A stretch of 64,000 bases of DNA from positions 96,001-160,000 of IMG/VR virus record IMGVR_UViG_3300035498_000371. One strand, written 5' to 3'. The notes below the pieces were generated by a model, which saw nothing but the letters and a program-made list of their open reading frames with translations, ran no database searches and was not told the DNA's origin. A program made the translations under genes and the position numbers. The DNA comes from a virus. Taxonomy: Duplodnaviria > Caudoviricetes. Position 1 is the stretch's first letter. Each line of letters starts with the position of its first letter. Positions 9,296-19,333 of this stretch are shown here, in pieces.

Positions 9296-9685
9296 CTAAT
9301 TTAATAATTGGTCTAAGATATAAGTTGCTCCTGCACTCATATTATCATTATCTTGATCATACTCTAGGGTATAAGCTCCATCACCAGTGTTTATAATGAT
9401 TCCAAGAGAATGATTCTTCAATACGCCTACAGTGATATCTATAGGCTCTAATTCTGGCAAAAAATGTTCAATCTGATATTTAATATCAGATTTCAGATCT
9501 TGAAGCATATTCTCATCATTATTGTAACGGTATTTGGATCTTATTCCAACTCCCATAGTTGGATGAGATTGGAATTTGCCTGGTTCTAGATAGATTATAT
9601 ATATAATATGAATGTAAGCAGCATCAGAACTTTCAAATACCTTTGGCATTTTGAAAGCATTTTCAGATAATACATGAGCTTGCAT
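9296..9685 (-). CDS. Baseplate wedge gp25-like protein
   Basis: PGKFQSHPTMGVGI..IKYQIEHFLPE; start reset to ATG 9685 after AAGGAGG; late motif 9705-9717. Confidence 0.65.
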   Translation of the reverse strand: MQAHVLSENAFKMPKVFESSDAAYIHIIYIIYLEPGKFQSHPTMGVGIRSKYRYNNDENMLQDLKSDIKYQIEHFLPELEPIDITVGVLKNHSLGIIINTGDGAYTLEYDQDNDNMSAGATYILDQLLN

Positions 9686-9824
9686 GATTATACCTCCTTC
9701 ATCATTATTTAAAAGTTGTAGTAGTAAAAATTTACATGAAGGCAAATTGCGATTAAATCATATATTATAAAAATGATCATAATTTAGAATCAGAACAAAA
9801 ATTAAATTAAGGAGGTATAAAATT

Positions 9825-10439
9825 ATGATATTTAATTACATTACAGAGGAAGCTAAATTTATAACAGAGCAGGAAATACTTGATTGTATTTCTGAAGAAA
9901 GTGACGATGGCGCTATAGTTATCAATTCAATAATTATTGATGAAAAGCTAGTACTTGAAACTGTAAATTCTGGCGAAGTAAATATGCCAGTAAAGCGCAA
10001 TAATAGTAGGGTAATAATGATAGGTAATCAGACAGATCAACATGGTCCTAGAATGAAAGTATCTGCTTATGCTGGTAAAATTAGTAAAAGATCTAGCGAC
10101 GAAGATGACGGCAAGGGCTATATTAGTATATTTATGAGAAAGGAGCATGGTAAAGATGGTCTGCCTGTATTAGATCATAAGGGAAATATTAAAGATATCG
10201 ATATGAAGCAATCAGAGCTAAAATTATATTATGATTTCTTTGTTGATAATTATAATTTAATTAGGCTAGCGCGTGATAACGATAATAGTACGCTTTGTGA
10301 TAAAGCTCTAGTTAAAGATGCCAAATTACGTAAAGACGGAGTTAAGATTGAACGAGGCCGAAATGGAGATTTATATGTGTATGATAAGAATGGCAATATA
10401 GATTATAAAGAAAATTTGAAAGGTGAAGAAATATCATGA
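9825..10439 (+). CDS. Hypothetical protein, acidic xxE-rich leader plus HGPRMKV domain
   Basis: ORF, RBS AAGGAGG, early motif 9761. Confidence 0.75.
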   Translation: MIFNYITEEAKFITEQEILDCISEESDDGAIVINSIIIDEKLVLETVNSGEVNMPVKRNNSRVIMIGNQTDQHGPRMKVSAYAGKISKRSSDEDDGKGYISIFMRKEHGKDGLPVLDHKGNIKDIDMKQSELKLYYDFFVDNYNLIRLARDNDNSTLCDKALVKDAKLRKDGVKIERGRNGDLYVYDKNGNIDYKENLKGEEIS

Positions 10440-10870
10440 TGATATATCAAATAAAATTAGAGTGCTTAAGTAAACATGATAGTTTTGTAACTACTCATTC
10501 ACCAATGTTATTGCCAAATAGCATGATAGAAATGAGAAATAATATGCAATACCCTACAAAAGAAGCATTTGATTATGCTATAGGGGATTATATTAATGCA
10601 AAAGATGATATAATAAAAGCGGCAAAAAATGAAAATTGGAAAATGAGATTTCTTCCCAGAAATAAAATGCACGCTTTTATGCTGCTATATTTATTTTCCG
10701 AAGATAAAAATGGTAAAGTTCTAGTATATTATTACGATTACGATACAAAAACAATGCTTGAACTTTATACAATAAATACCGATTGGTTTACAAGTCCTAC
10801 TAAAGATGCTGAAGACTACCCATGCCTAAGTTATTTATTGGAGTCTGTTTACGGTATAAAAATTAAATAA
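10436..10870 (+). CDS. Hypothetical protein
   Basis: ATGA overlap with upstream gene; terminator 10878-10904. Confidence 0.7.
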   Translation: MMIYQIKLECLSKHDSFVTTHSPMLLPNSMIEMRNNMQYPTKEAFDYAIGDYINAKDDIIKAAKNENWKMRFLPRNKMHAFMLLYLFSEDKNGKVLVYYYDYDTKTMLELYTINTDWFTSPTKDAEDYPCLSYLLESVYGIKIK

Positions 10871-10926
10871 AAAGAATAGAGCATGGTTATTATAACCATG
10901 CTCTTACTATATTTATTTTTGCCCAA

Positions 10927-10939
10927 GACATCAAAGTAA
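10927..10939 (+). promoter_or_regulatory. Late promoter motif (also + 16811, 17412, 21971, 27464, 34133, 38716, 38931, 39619, 52246, 53811, 60965, 63591; - 9717, 54935, 55974, 60484)
   Basis: NAC(A/T)-N6-TAA upstream of structural operons; similar to AR9 late consensus AACA-N6-TA/G. Confidence 0.75.
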
Positions 10940-10966
10940 TTTATTAATAAAGGAGGTAGTTCGAAT

Positions 10967-13900
10967 ATGTCTACTAAGAAATATAAATGCCCATATTGCA
11001 ATGCTAGATTAGAGAGATCGGCATTAATTAAGCATGTAGATAAATTCCATCAGGAGTTAATTCCTGATGGGTTTACCTCAACTAGAATTGTTTATAATTC
11101 AGTTAATAAGACTGATGGTGGCAAATGTAGAGTATGTGGTAAACCTACAGAGTGGAGAGAAGATACCGGTAGATATAACGTTCTTTGTAAAGATCCAAAA
11201 TGCAAGCAGAAGATGAGGGATGATTATAAAAAGAATATGCTTCGTGTTAGAGGTACTTATAATATTCTTAATGATCCAGAGCAACAGGAAAAGATGCTTG
11301 CTAATAGATCCATCTCAGGAGAATATCAATTCTCAGATGGTGGTAAGGTAGGTTATACGGGAACTTACGAAAAGAAATGCTTAGAGTTCATGGATGTTGT
11401 TATGCAGATTAAATCAGACGATATTATGTCTCCAGGACCATCCATGGAATACACTTATAATGGCGCTAAGCATATTTATATTCCAGACTTCTATTATGTA
11501 CCATATAATTTAATTATCGAAGTTAAGGATGGTGGAGATAATCCTAATACTAAATTATCTCCAGGAATGAAGTCTTCAAGAGAACGTACTATAGAGAAAG
11601 AGCGTATGATTACTGATAAAGGAATCTATAATTATATCAGGTTAACCAATAACAACTTTCAGCAATTAATAGAAGTATTTATGGATATTAAATATGCTCT
11701 TATTGAAGGTGATCCTAGAAAGACTGTTAAGGTTAATGAATCATCAGATATTGATTTTTTTGAAGAATATGAATCTTTATCTGAGAATGGAATTATTACC
11801 ACTAAAGATTTGGAATATAATTTAGATCAATGGAAAATTGGTGGTAAGAATATTCTATTTATTACAGGCTTATCTGGTTCTGGTAAATCTACTAAGGCTG
11901 CTAAGTTGGCTAAAGAGAATAATGCTATTAATATAGAGATTGATCTCTTTGAGCATAACGATATTGTATTCGATAAGAATACAAATAATGATGATGGTAA
12001 TATTATTGTAAAAGAATACTTTGAAAAGAAATATGGGGGTGCTAGAAAGATGCCTCAGGGCGATCCTAAGTTGCCGCATATGCTTTATGATTTCATTAAA
12101 TATTGTATAAATTATGCTTCAAAGCATAAGGATCGTTTATTCATCATGGAAGGCATTCAGTTAGCAGATTTAGAGATGGCAGAAGAGCTTAAGAATTATC
12201 CTGTTATTATAGTAAATACCAGTATTATAAAATCAATGTATAGGGCAGCTAAGCGTGAAGGTATTAAGGATTATTTTAATTCTTTTAAATCATTCTCTGA
12301 TTTCTTAGGTTGGTTCAAATGGTATTTGCAGATGGATAAAAACAATAAGAAGTTTGCTAAAGATTTGAAAGAATCTACGTTTAATGAATCAACAACTCTT
12401 AAGAACTGTAAAAGATTAAATAATTATGGCGGTAATTTATATTTTATATCTCAAGAAGAATTAAACGGGAAAATATTATCTCCAAGAATACCGGATAATT
12501 ATTTTACAAAAAATAATTATGAAGATAACACTATCAAAAGAGTATGCTTTGCTCCATCTATAGATAAATGCTTAATGGGTTTATCTCAGAATCTTAAAGG
12601 AGAAGAACTTTATGTATATGAACCAGATGGGGAATATGAAATTTACAAACCAGATAAAAATCTTGTTCCCGATTCATCAATAACAGGAGAGTTATGGATA
12701 TTGAAACCTGTTAAATTGAAGAAGCTTGCCAAGATCAAAGTAATAGGTGATGCTGGAGAAGATGGAATACCTTTCTATTATGGCGATAATAAAGCTGAGT
12801 TATATAAATGGAATTATAAAATAATAGATGAATCTACGATTCCTGAAAAATGTAAGAAGTGCGGAGGAGATATCAAGGTTTATCTTAGAGGAGAACCAGT
12901 ATATCTTTGCTCCGATTGCGGGGAATATTATGGCACGGTTCCATTTAAAGAAGACGCTATATTAAAGTCTAAGAATGAACCGTTCTTTTTCTATCATCTA
13001 TTACCAAAAGGCGCTAGCATAACTAATGGTATTACAAGTTTGGAATATCAATATAATCATAATATGAATGATTTCCTGAAGAACTCCAATAAATACAGAA
13101 CCAGATTATGCGGCGGTTGGAATATTTACCCTGGCAGAAATCCAAACTCTTTATCTTCTGAAGAAATACATGAGGGTATAAATCAATTCAGGCATTCAAA
13201 TGGTGGTTGTAATAGAATTTATTTATTCAGATATGCCCCATATGAAAATCTTGGTTCTCAAATGAAGAAAATATTGGCGGGCAAAGATATTTATAGAGTT
13301 GATGTGAGTAAGCTTTTAAAAGATGGTATAATAATCGATATTGATTATGGTTATATAGATTCTAATACAGATAATGATAAATTAAGCGAGGATTGGTATA
13401 GAAATATATCCTATGATGATTATTTCAAAAACTACACAGAAGATAATCCTGATCGCCTGTTATTCAGTTATATGAACCATATAAGCGTTACTCCTAAGAA
13501 TGGGGTTATTCCTAAGAAATATTTAACGAAAATTGATAAGTCTAATTCATTATCTTTACAAGAAACTGATACTATATTAGAGCAATCAAACCCAGATAAT
13601 CTTGTTTTTATTGATATTAATAGAGACAAGAACACTACAGTTAAATATCTTAAGCAGAGGAATAGCAAGTATACAAATTATCTTGATAATTACATTGGAG
13701 AAATCATTGTAGATCAGGATAAAGATAAGCTTGCAGGCCAAGTATTTATTGGTAAGAAAGGAACGAAGGATGAAGGTTTCATTACAGGATTAGAAGTCTA
13801 TAAGCCTTATAAGAATAAAGGTTTAGGAAGTAAGTTGTTAGATGATGCTGTTAAGAAATATAATGGTATTGATCTTACAGTTTATAAGGATAATGATATA

Positions 13901-14257
13901 GCTATAAGAATGTATAAGAAATATGGATTCGTTATATTAGGTCCTGGAAATACCAAGAATAATGATTATTACATGAAGCTTAAGAGTAAGGTTTCTAAAT
14001 CAGACAAGAAATCAATCAAAGAATCTTCTGGAATGACTGCGGATCAGGTAGATAGATTTTATACCCTATTAAAGCAAAGATTAGACGAAGATGAGGAATT
14101 TGAGAAGTATGAATCTGCATTAACGCCATATAACAAAGATACAGATGGACCAAATGAGTTTCCTAAAGAAAAGTCTAACTTTAGTGCAGATGATCTTAGT
14201 AATACAGAGATCGATGATTTAAGTTTTGATGATTTAGACGACGATGAAGAGGACTAA
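10967..14257 (+). CDS. Multidomain protein: Zn finger + TnsA-like nuclease / P-loop kinase / ART-like / Zn ribbon / ART-like / GNAT / acidic tail
   Basis: YIPDFY..IIEVKD; GLSGSGKST; PRIP..RVCFAPS..ELW; CKKC..CSDC; FYHLL..GITSL; YKNKGLGSKLL..AIRMYKKYGF. Confidence 0.75.
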   Translation: MSTKKYKCPYCNARLERSALIKHVDKFHQELIPDGFTSTRIVYNSVNKTDGGKCRVCGKPTEWREDTGRYNVLCKDPKCKQKMRDDYKKNMLRVRGTYNILNDPEQQEKMLANRSISGEYQFSDGGKVGYTGTYEKKCLEFMDVVMQIKSDDIMSPGPSMEYTYNGAKHIYIPDFYYVPYNLIIEVKDGGDNPNTKLSPGMKSSRERTIEKERMITDKGIYNYIRLTNNNFQQLIEVFMDIKYALIEGDPRKTVKVNESSDIDFFEEYESLSENGIITTKDLEYNLDQWKIGGKNILFITGLSGSGKSTKAAKLAKENNAINIEIDLFEHNDIVFDKNTNNDDGNIIVKEYFEKKYGGARKMPQGDPKLPHMLYDFIKYCINYASKHKDRLFIMEGIQLADLEMAEELKNYPVIIVNTSIIKSMYRAAKREGIKDYFNSFKSFSDFLGWFKWYLQMDKNNKKFAKDLKESTFNESTTLKNCKRLNNYGGNLYFISQEELNGKILSPRIPDNYFTKNNYEDNTIKRVCFAPSIDKCLMGLSQNLKGEELYVYEPDGEYEIYKPDKNLVPDSSITGELWILKPVKLKKLAKIKVIGDAGEDGIPFYYGDNKAELYKWNYKIIDESTIPEKCKKCGGDIKVYLRGEPVYLCSDCGEYYGTVPFKEDAILKSKNEPFFFYHLLPKGASITNGITSLEYQYNHNMNDFLKNSNKYRTRLCGGWNIYPGRNPNSLSSEEIHEGINQFRHSNGGCNRIYLFRYAPYENLGSQMKKILAGKDIYRVDVSKLLKDGIIIDIDYGYIDSNTDNDKLSEDWYRNISYDDYFKNYTEDNPDRLLFSYMNHISVTPKNGVIPKKYLTKIDKSNSLSLQETDTILEQSNPDNLVFIDINRDKNTTVKYLKQRNSKYTNYLDNYIGEIIVDQDKDKLAGQVFIGKKGTKDEGFITGLEVYKPYKNKGLGSKLLDDAVKKYNGIDLTVYKDNDIAIRMYKKYGFVILGPGNTKNNDYYMKLKSKVSKSDKKSIKESSGMTADQVDRFYTLLKQRLDEDEEFEKYESALTPYNKDTDGPNEFPKEKSNFSADDLSNTEIDDLSFDDLDDDEED

Positions 14258-14261
14258 ATTA

Positions 14262-14285
14262 ACGGGCAGGATTATACCTGCCCGT
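14262..14285 (+). terminator. Intrinsic terminator
   Basis: ACGGGCAGG-attata-CCTGCCCGT. Confidence 0.75.
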
Positions 14286-14360
14286 CATCCTTTTATTTTT
14301 TAGTAATATAATATAGATTTGAGTAGTAGTATTAAAATATAATTTATGGAGGTGATTAAT

Positions 14361-14792
14361 ATGAACAGACGTTTAATTAAGCAGAAAGTTATCGAGGCAA
14401 TCAATCTTAGAGACGATCTTATTCAAGAGATGAAGAATTGTGGAATTCGTTCTGATTTTTCTGATAAGCCGTATCATAATGCCATTCGAGGACAGATAGC
14501 TGAGAATGCAGCGTTAGTTATCGAATACTATTACGGGCTACCAGCAAAAATATATACTCCTATAGGATATATATCAATCACAGGTGGTTATCACAGAGAA
14601 ACTATTCCTGGAGGATACGACAAAATTACCAAAATACTTGAAGAAAAATATGGATTTAAACTTGCACGCCCGGCAGAAAAATCAACTATAGGCGAGCTTG
14701 GTCCATGGTATTCTAAAGATGGAACTATGGTAATGGCTGAAGAGGAATTAGACAGCGATACCGCTAGGGAAATATTTGCATCATTAACTTAA
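14361..14792 (+). CDS. Hypothetical early protein
   Basis: RBS GGAGGTG; early motif 14307; hairpin 14799-14821. Confidence 0.75.
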   Translation: MNRRLIKQKVIEAINLRDDLIQEMKNCGIRSDFSDKPYHNAIRGQIAENAALVIEYYYGLPAKIYTPIGYISITGGYHRETIPGGYDKITKILEEKYGFKLARPAEKSTIGELGPWYSKDGTMVMAEEELDSDTAREIFASLT

Positions 14793-14852
14793 TACTTATG
14801 GGAAGCCTATATAGGCTTCCCTACAATTTTTGAAAATGGAGGTTAAAGAATT

Positions 14853-15548
14853 ATGTTTTTACCAATTAATGTTTTAGAAGATCCAATGAAATTAGTAGAT
14901 ATGTTTTGCAATAAGCAAGTGTTTAGAATACGAGTTTATGATATTCCAAATAATACAATTATAGACTACGCAAATGCTCAGCCAATGCACACTCCGTATA
15001 TACGTACAGCGCGAATATTTGAAGATAAACCTTCAACAGCAAAACTCAGCGTAGATTATAAGAGCGATATAAATAAATATATTCGTGATTGTTATAGTGC
15101 TGTAAGTTTGTTAGATATGGCTGTACAGATTATGTTTGAGTATAATGAACCTGTAGTAGAAAAAAGACGATTATATGCTGATGATAATATAAAAGCGCCG
15201 GATACGGGTAAACTAAGCACCGCATATTATCAAGATCTTTTTAGAAAGAGAACCGAAATACTTGGTTGCGTAAGATACACATGGAGGGATATAGTCAAAA
15301 TCAACGGTAAGGTATATTGTGAAGAATTTCCAATATCAGGTAAGAAAGATGCTGAAGATATTTATCAGATAGATGATTTCATCGAAGCAGTTGCTAAAAA
15401 GCATGGAGTTGATACAGATGATGTAGAAACTCTTACAATGAATAATAATCTTGATATCGGAGATATAAAAGATTTAGAATACGGGATAGAAAAATGCGGA
15501 TGCTATATTAATGGTATAGCGGAATGGTTGCTTCCTGTAAAAATGTAA
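14853..15548 (+). CDS. Hypothetical protein
   Basis: ORF with RBS GGAGG. Confidence 0.75.
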   Translation: MFLPINVLEDPMKLVDMFCNKQVFRIRVYDIPNNTIIDYANAQPMHTPYIRTARIFEDKPSTAKLSVDYKSDINKYIRDCYSAVSLLDMAVQIMFEYNEPVVEKRRLYADDNIKAPDTGKLSTAYYQDLFRKRTEILGCVRYTWRDIVKINGKVYCEEFPISGKKDAEDIYQIDDFIEAVAKKHGVDTDDVETLTMNNNLDIGDIKDLEYGIEKCGCYINGIAEWLLPVKM

Positions 15549-15610
15549 CTTTTCGGTGGTATAATATACCAGTGTAGTAGTAGAAGAAAACTTATATGGA
15601 GGTAAAAGAT

Positions 15611-16210
15611 ATGAAAGTTACTATTTTAAATGATGTTGAGGTTGAGCTTAATACGCATTCAGAGCTTGGTATTTTATATTGGTTCCTTGTTAGTAGGTAT
15701 GGAACCATGTACAAGCAGATCATGATCAATGATATTTATATTACCAGAGTAGAGACAGATCCAGATGCTGAAATTAGCAAATGTTCTATCTTCCGTCGTG
15801 ATGTTGACGAGAATGGTGATGAAGTATTACATGATGTTGAAATTGAATACAAGGCTTCGGAAGTAGCAGAAGAACTTAACAACCAGACAAAAGATGCTAA
15901 TCTTGATTATAATAAGGCCGGAGAATATTCAGCACTTGATTTCAAGGGTAGTTTACTTACCACATTGAATATCGGAGATCGTAGCGTGACAGCTAAGTTT
16001 CCTGCGCGAGTATTTACTCAGGCAGATGCGAAAGATTCAGATAAGCTTTACGTTGATTTGAATTGTTGTCCTGATATTGTAGCATGTGGAGCAGACGAAG
16101 CAGCAGAAGACGTATTCAATTATAGATTACGCTTCAAGCAGCTTGAACGTGATATCATTTATGAGTTGGATCTTGTAGATCCGATTTACTCAGTAGCAAT
16201 GGAAGTATAA
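15611..16210 (+). CDS. Hypothetical early protein
   Basis: RBS GGAGG; early motif 15560; hairpin 16216-16239. Confidence 0.75.
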   Translation: MKVTILNDVEVELNTHSELGILYWFLVSRYGTMYKQIMINDIYITRVETDPDAEISKCSIFRRDVDENGDEVLHDVEIEYKASEVAEELNNQTKDANLDYNKAGEYSALDFKGSLLTTLNIGDRSVTAKFPARVFTQADAKDSDKLYVDLNCCPDIVACGADEAAEDVFNYRLRFKQLERDIIYELDLVDPIYSVAMEV

Positions 16211-16271
16211 GTCTATAGGGTGGTTATTAAACCACCCTAAATTTTAATTAATGAAAGTGAGGAATAAAATT

Positions 16272-16715
16272 ATGTTTAACGAGAAAAGAGAAGTATTTGA
16301 TGATATAATGGAAAGGCTTGATGATTTAGCAGCAGGTCAGAGACCTAATCTGCTTAAGCGTTATCTTACAGATGACAATCGCGAGTTAAAGTTTGGTGAC
16401 TATCCTGTAATAGATGAGATCATCAATAATTCACTTGTAGATTGGACTATAGGAGAACAAATAAAAATTGACTTTAAGAAAAAGCTTACATTAAAGGGAT
16501 TCGTAGAAGTTGTCAGCATATCATCTTTGGATGCAGAAAATGGTTACAGGAAAACAGCAACTTATGACAAGAAAGAGTGGAAGTATTTTAGGAATCAAGT
16601 TGAAAAGCTTAGATCAAAACATCACAAAGAAGTTTGCAGAGAAGCATCTGAAAGAAACAAACTAATCATTACAGACCTTGCAAATTATAAAGATATCTTC
16701 GAAGCTGTAATGTAA
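16272..16715 (+). CDS. Hypothetical protein
   Basis: RBS GAGGA; terminator near 16743-16768. Confidence 0.7.
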   Translation: MFNEKREVFDDIMERLDDLAAGQRPNLLKRYLTDDNRELKFGDYPVIDEIINNSLVDWTIGEQIKIDFKKKLTLKGFVEVVSISSLDAENGYRKTATYDKKEWKYFRNQVEKLRSKHHKEVCREASERNKLIITDLANYKDIFEAVM

Positions 16716-16861
16716 ATACAACTGAATATTGAGAATAGATTAGCAGGATAGCAGAAATGCTATCCTGTATTTTCTATTAATATTTTTATTTTTTATATTC
16801 TGAACCTATAAACACGTAAATAAATTATGCACGTTAAAATTATTTTTAGGAGGTATTATTT

Positions 16862-17353
16862 ATGAAAGATTATGATGATGGAAGATGCTGCAAGGTTCTT
16901 ATCAAACCAATATGTTTTGATGCAAGAAATGTCATAGCTACCCAAGTAACACAAATTGGCGAAGAGCATGTTAATAATAGCATGGATGATGGGCGTGTTG
17001 TTGGGCTTGGAAGTGGTCAAAACGAGCTTGAAATTAAAACCTACGGAGATATTATTCCAGGTATCACTTTATCCACCGATAATATATTTAGATATCGTTG
17101 GAAAGACTGTAACGCAACCGATAATGATAATAGCTATGTACTGGAGCTATCATCAAATGATGATAATCAGTTTAAGCATATGATGAACTTTGTTCACAGC
17201 CAGTTTGATAGGCATAAATTTGTTAAAGACGGTAGAATTAAGATAGAGGACTGCGGGGAACGTAAAGCAAAGATTTCTATATCGTATGCTCTTAAAGGTG
17301 TTGTACCATTTTTTGTATTTATAGATGTGGATGATTTTGTTAAAAACAGGTAA
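16862..17353 (+). CDS. Hypothetical protein
   Basis: RBS AGGAGG; late motif 16811. Confidence 0.7.
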   Translation: MKDYDDGRCCKVLIKPICFDARNVIATQVTQIGEEHVNNSMDDGRVVGLGSGQNELEIKTYGDIIPGITLSTDNIFRYRWKDCNATDNDNSYVLELSSNDDNQFKHMMNFVHSQFDRHKFVKDGRIKIEDCGERKAKISISYALKGVVPFFVFIDVDDFVKNR

Positions 17354-17364
17354 TAACAATATAA

Positions 17365-17399
17365 GCGGCTAGGGATTTCCCTAGCCGTTATTATTTTTT
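17365..17399 (+). terminator. Terminator of the CGGCTAGG..CCTAGCC family (also 21921, 27407, variant 21498)
   Basis: GCGGCTAGGG-attt-CCCTAGCCGT then TATTATTTTTT. Confidence 0.8.
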
Positions 17400-17486
17400 A
17401 AATCATTCCTAAACTTTTAATTAACGATATATTATAGAGTTAAATACATAACGTATTTGAATGAAATTTTTAAGGAGGAAATAATA

Positions 17487-17921
17487 ATGGCTCATGATAA
17501 TCCTGTTGTAATAGGAATAATAAATTTTGAAGAAGATTTAAACGAAGCAGAAATAGGCGGAAATGATAGGTTTAGACCGTCTAAAATAGGAGTATGCAAA
17601 GTGGAAGTTTATGCAAATGAAGGGCAGAAGCCACATTTTCATTTATATAAATTAAATGGAAATGATGAGTTTGAAACTTGCATTTGTATTTATTCAAATA
17701 ATTATTTTTCTCATGGAGGAAAATATACTTCTAAAATGAATAATAAACAGTGTAAAGAATTAAATACGTGGCTTAATAAGCCAAATAAGAAAGATCCAAC
17801 TATAACAAATTGGCAAGCTGCTGTAAACCAATGGGAAATGGGTAATGGTGGCAAAAACTTTAAAGATAAAACCAATAATCAACCAGATTATGATAAAATG
17901 AATAGTTTTAGCGATAAGTAA
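17487..17921 (+). CDS. PHFH-motif (DUF4160-like) protein, copy 1, with LNE|A leader
   Basis: VYANEGQKPHFHL..ICIYSNNY..LNTWL..NW..WEMGN. Confidence 0.7.
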   Translation: MAHDNPVVIGIINFEEDLNEAEIGGNDRFRPSKIGVCKVEVYANEGQKPHFHLYKLNGNDEFETCICIYSNNYFSHGGKYTSKMNNKQCKELNTWLNKPNKKDPTITNWQAAVNQWEMGNGGKNFKDKTNNQPDYDKMNSFSDK

Positions 17922-17936
17922 TACGGAGGTATAATT

Positions 17937-18338
17937 ATGGTAGAAGGTCATGGAAGAGATGAAATGCTTGCTGGCGAATTACAGTTTAAAAGCATTGGTC
18001 TTGCTAAAATATGGGTATTTGGAGATGAGGGAGATATTGAACCTCATTTTCATATAATGAATGATGAAGGAATAAATATTGCTGTATGTATTTTTAGAAA
18101 TGAATGTTTATTGCAGCATTCAACTATGCTTAAAGCATTATATGCTAGCGATTATGAAATATTAAATAAGTGGTTAAATGAAAACGTATCGTATTTACCA
18201 TTCAAGGTCAATATGACTAATTGGAAGAACATAGCTTTTACGTGGGATTGCTGTAATGGTGGAAATACCGATATTGATAAACCACAGCCGCAATATTTAA
18301 TAAATATGCTATTACTGCCAGAAGATGGCATTAATTAA
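17937..18338 (+). CDS. PHFH-motif protein, copy 2
   Basis: IGLAKIWVFGDEGDIEPHFHI..AVCIF..LNKWL..NW. Confidence 0.75.
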   Translation: MVEGHGRDEMLAGELQFKSIGLAKIWVFGDEGDIEPHFHIMNDEGINIAVCIFRNECLLQHSTMLKALYASDYEILNKWLNENVSYLPFKVNMTNWKNIAFTWDCCNGGNTDIDKPQPQYLINMLLLPEDGIN

Positions 18339-18763
18339 AAATCTTAAAAGGAGTTATTTATGTTGGTGCAGCATGGAAGAGACGAAAAATTTGTTGGAGA
18401 ATTTAATTTCGAAAACATAGGATTTGCTAAAATATGGGTTTATGGAGATGAAGAAAATCTTCCTCCGCATTTTCATATTATAAACGAATCAACAGATTTA
18501 GCTGTATGCATTTTTGATAATGCGTATTTACCAGAACATTCTAAATATACAGAAATGCTAACTGATAAAGATTGTGAAATGCTGAATAAATGGTTTGCGG
18601 AAAATATATCAGATTTACCATTTAAGATTGATAACTGGAATGCAACTGCAGGATTATGGGAATCTAGTAATGGCTTATCTGGTAGAGAACGCAAGCAAAC
18701 TTATTATTCAGTAGATGGTTTGACACCAAAATAATTAAAATCTTAAAAGGAGGTTGTTATATG
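18333..18763 (+). repeat. Approx. 25-30 bp direct repeats flanking PHFH copy 3
   Basis: AATTAAAAATCTTAAAAGGAGTTATTTATG (18333) vs AATTAAAATCTTAAAAGGAGGTTGTTATATG (18733). Confidence 0.75.
18360..18734 (+). CDS. PHFH-motif protein, copy 3
   Basis: IGFAKIWVYGDEENLPPHFHI..AVCIF..LNKWF..NW. Confidence 0.75.
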   Translation: MLVQHGRDEKFVGEFNFENIGFAKIWVYGDEENLPPHFHIINESTDLAVCIFDNAYLPEHSKYTEMLTDKDCEMLNKWFAENISDLPFKIDNWNATAGLWESSNGLSGRERKQTYYSVDGLTPK

Positions 18764-19210
18764 AACAACAAATATTTCATCAAAATAGTAACACTTAACG
18801 AAGAGCTTTGCGATAAAGCATTACCTTCAGTAGAAAGAGAGGTGACGGATTTATTGCAGCTCAAAGGAAAGGCAGATATTACCGTAGAGGTAAAAAGATT
18901 AGAAAATAGCTTTATTATAGCCATGAATGAAAACATTGGAATGTATCCTACAATAAGTTTAGGACAGGAGCCTGGGATTCATACAGAAACTGAATTCGAT
19001 AAGGCTAACAACTTTGTTATTACAATTGATTGCGATAGCGAAGAAAATGCAAAGAAAGTCGCTACAAGAATTCATGAGAATTTTAGAGGAAATAGCGATT
19101 ATGTAGACTCAAAGATATTACTGAATTTTGACGGCACCAGTGTAACGATAGGAATTGGCGCTGAAACAGATTTTATACCGTTAATTAAATTTGTAGCAGA
19201 TAATCAATAA
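18761..19210 (+). CDS. Hypothetical protein
   Basis: ORF, RBS, terminator 19239-19257. Confidence 0.75.
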   Translation: MNNKYFIKIVTLNEELCDKALPSVEREVTDLLQLKGKADITVEVKRLENSFIIAMNENIGMYPTISLGQEPGIHTETEFDKANNFVITIDCDSEENAKKVATRIHENFRGNSDYVDSKILLNFDGTSVTIGIGAETDFIPLIKFVADNQ

Positions 19211-19333
19211 ATGCATTGTTGTCGGTCAAAAATTTATTAGGCGGGGCTCCCCCGCCTTTAATTTTTTCTTCAATTAATTATTACTGAACAATTAAGTGGC
19301 GCTGTTTAATAATACTATTTGGAGGAAGGTTCT

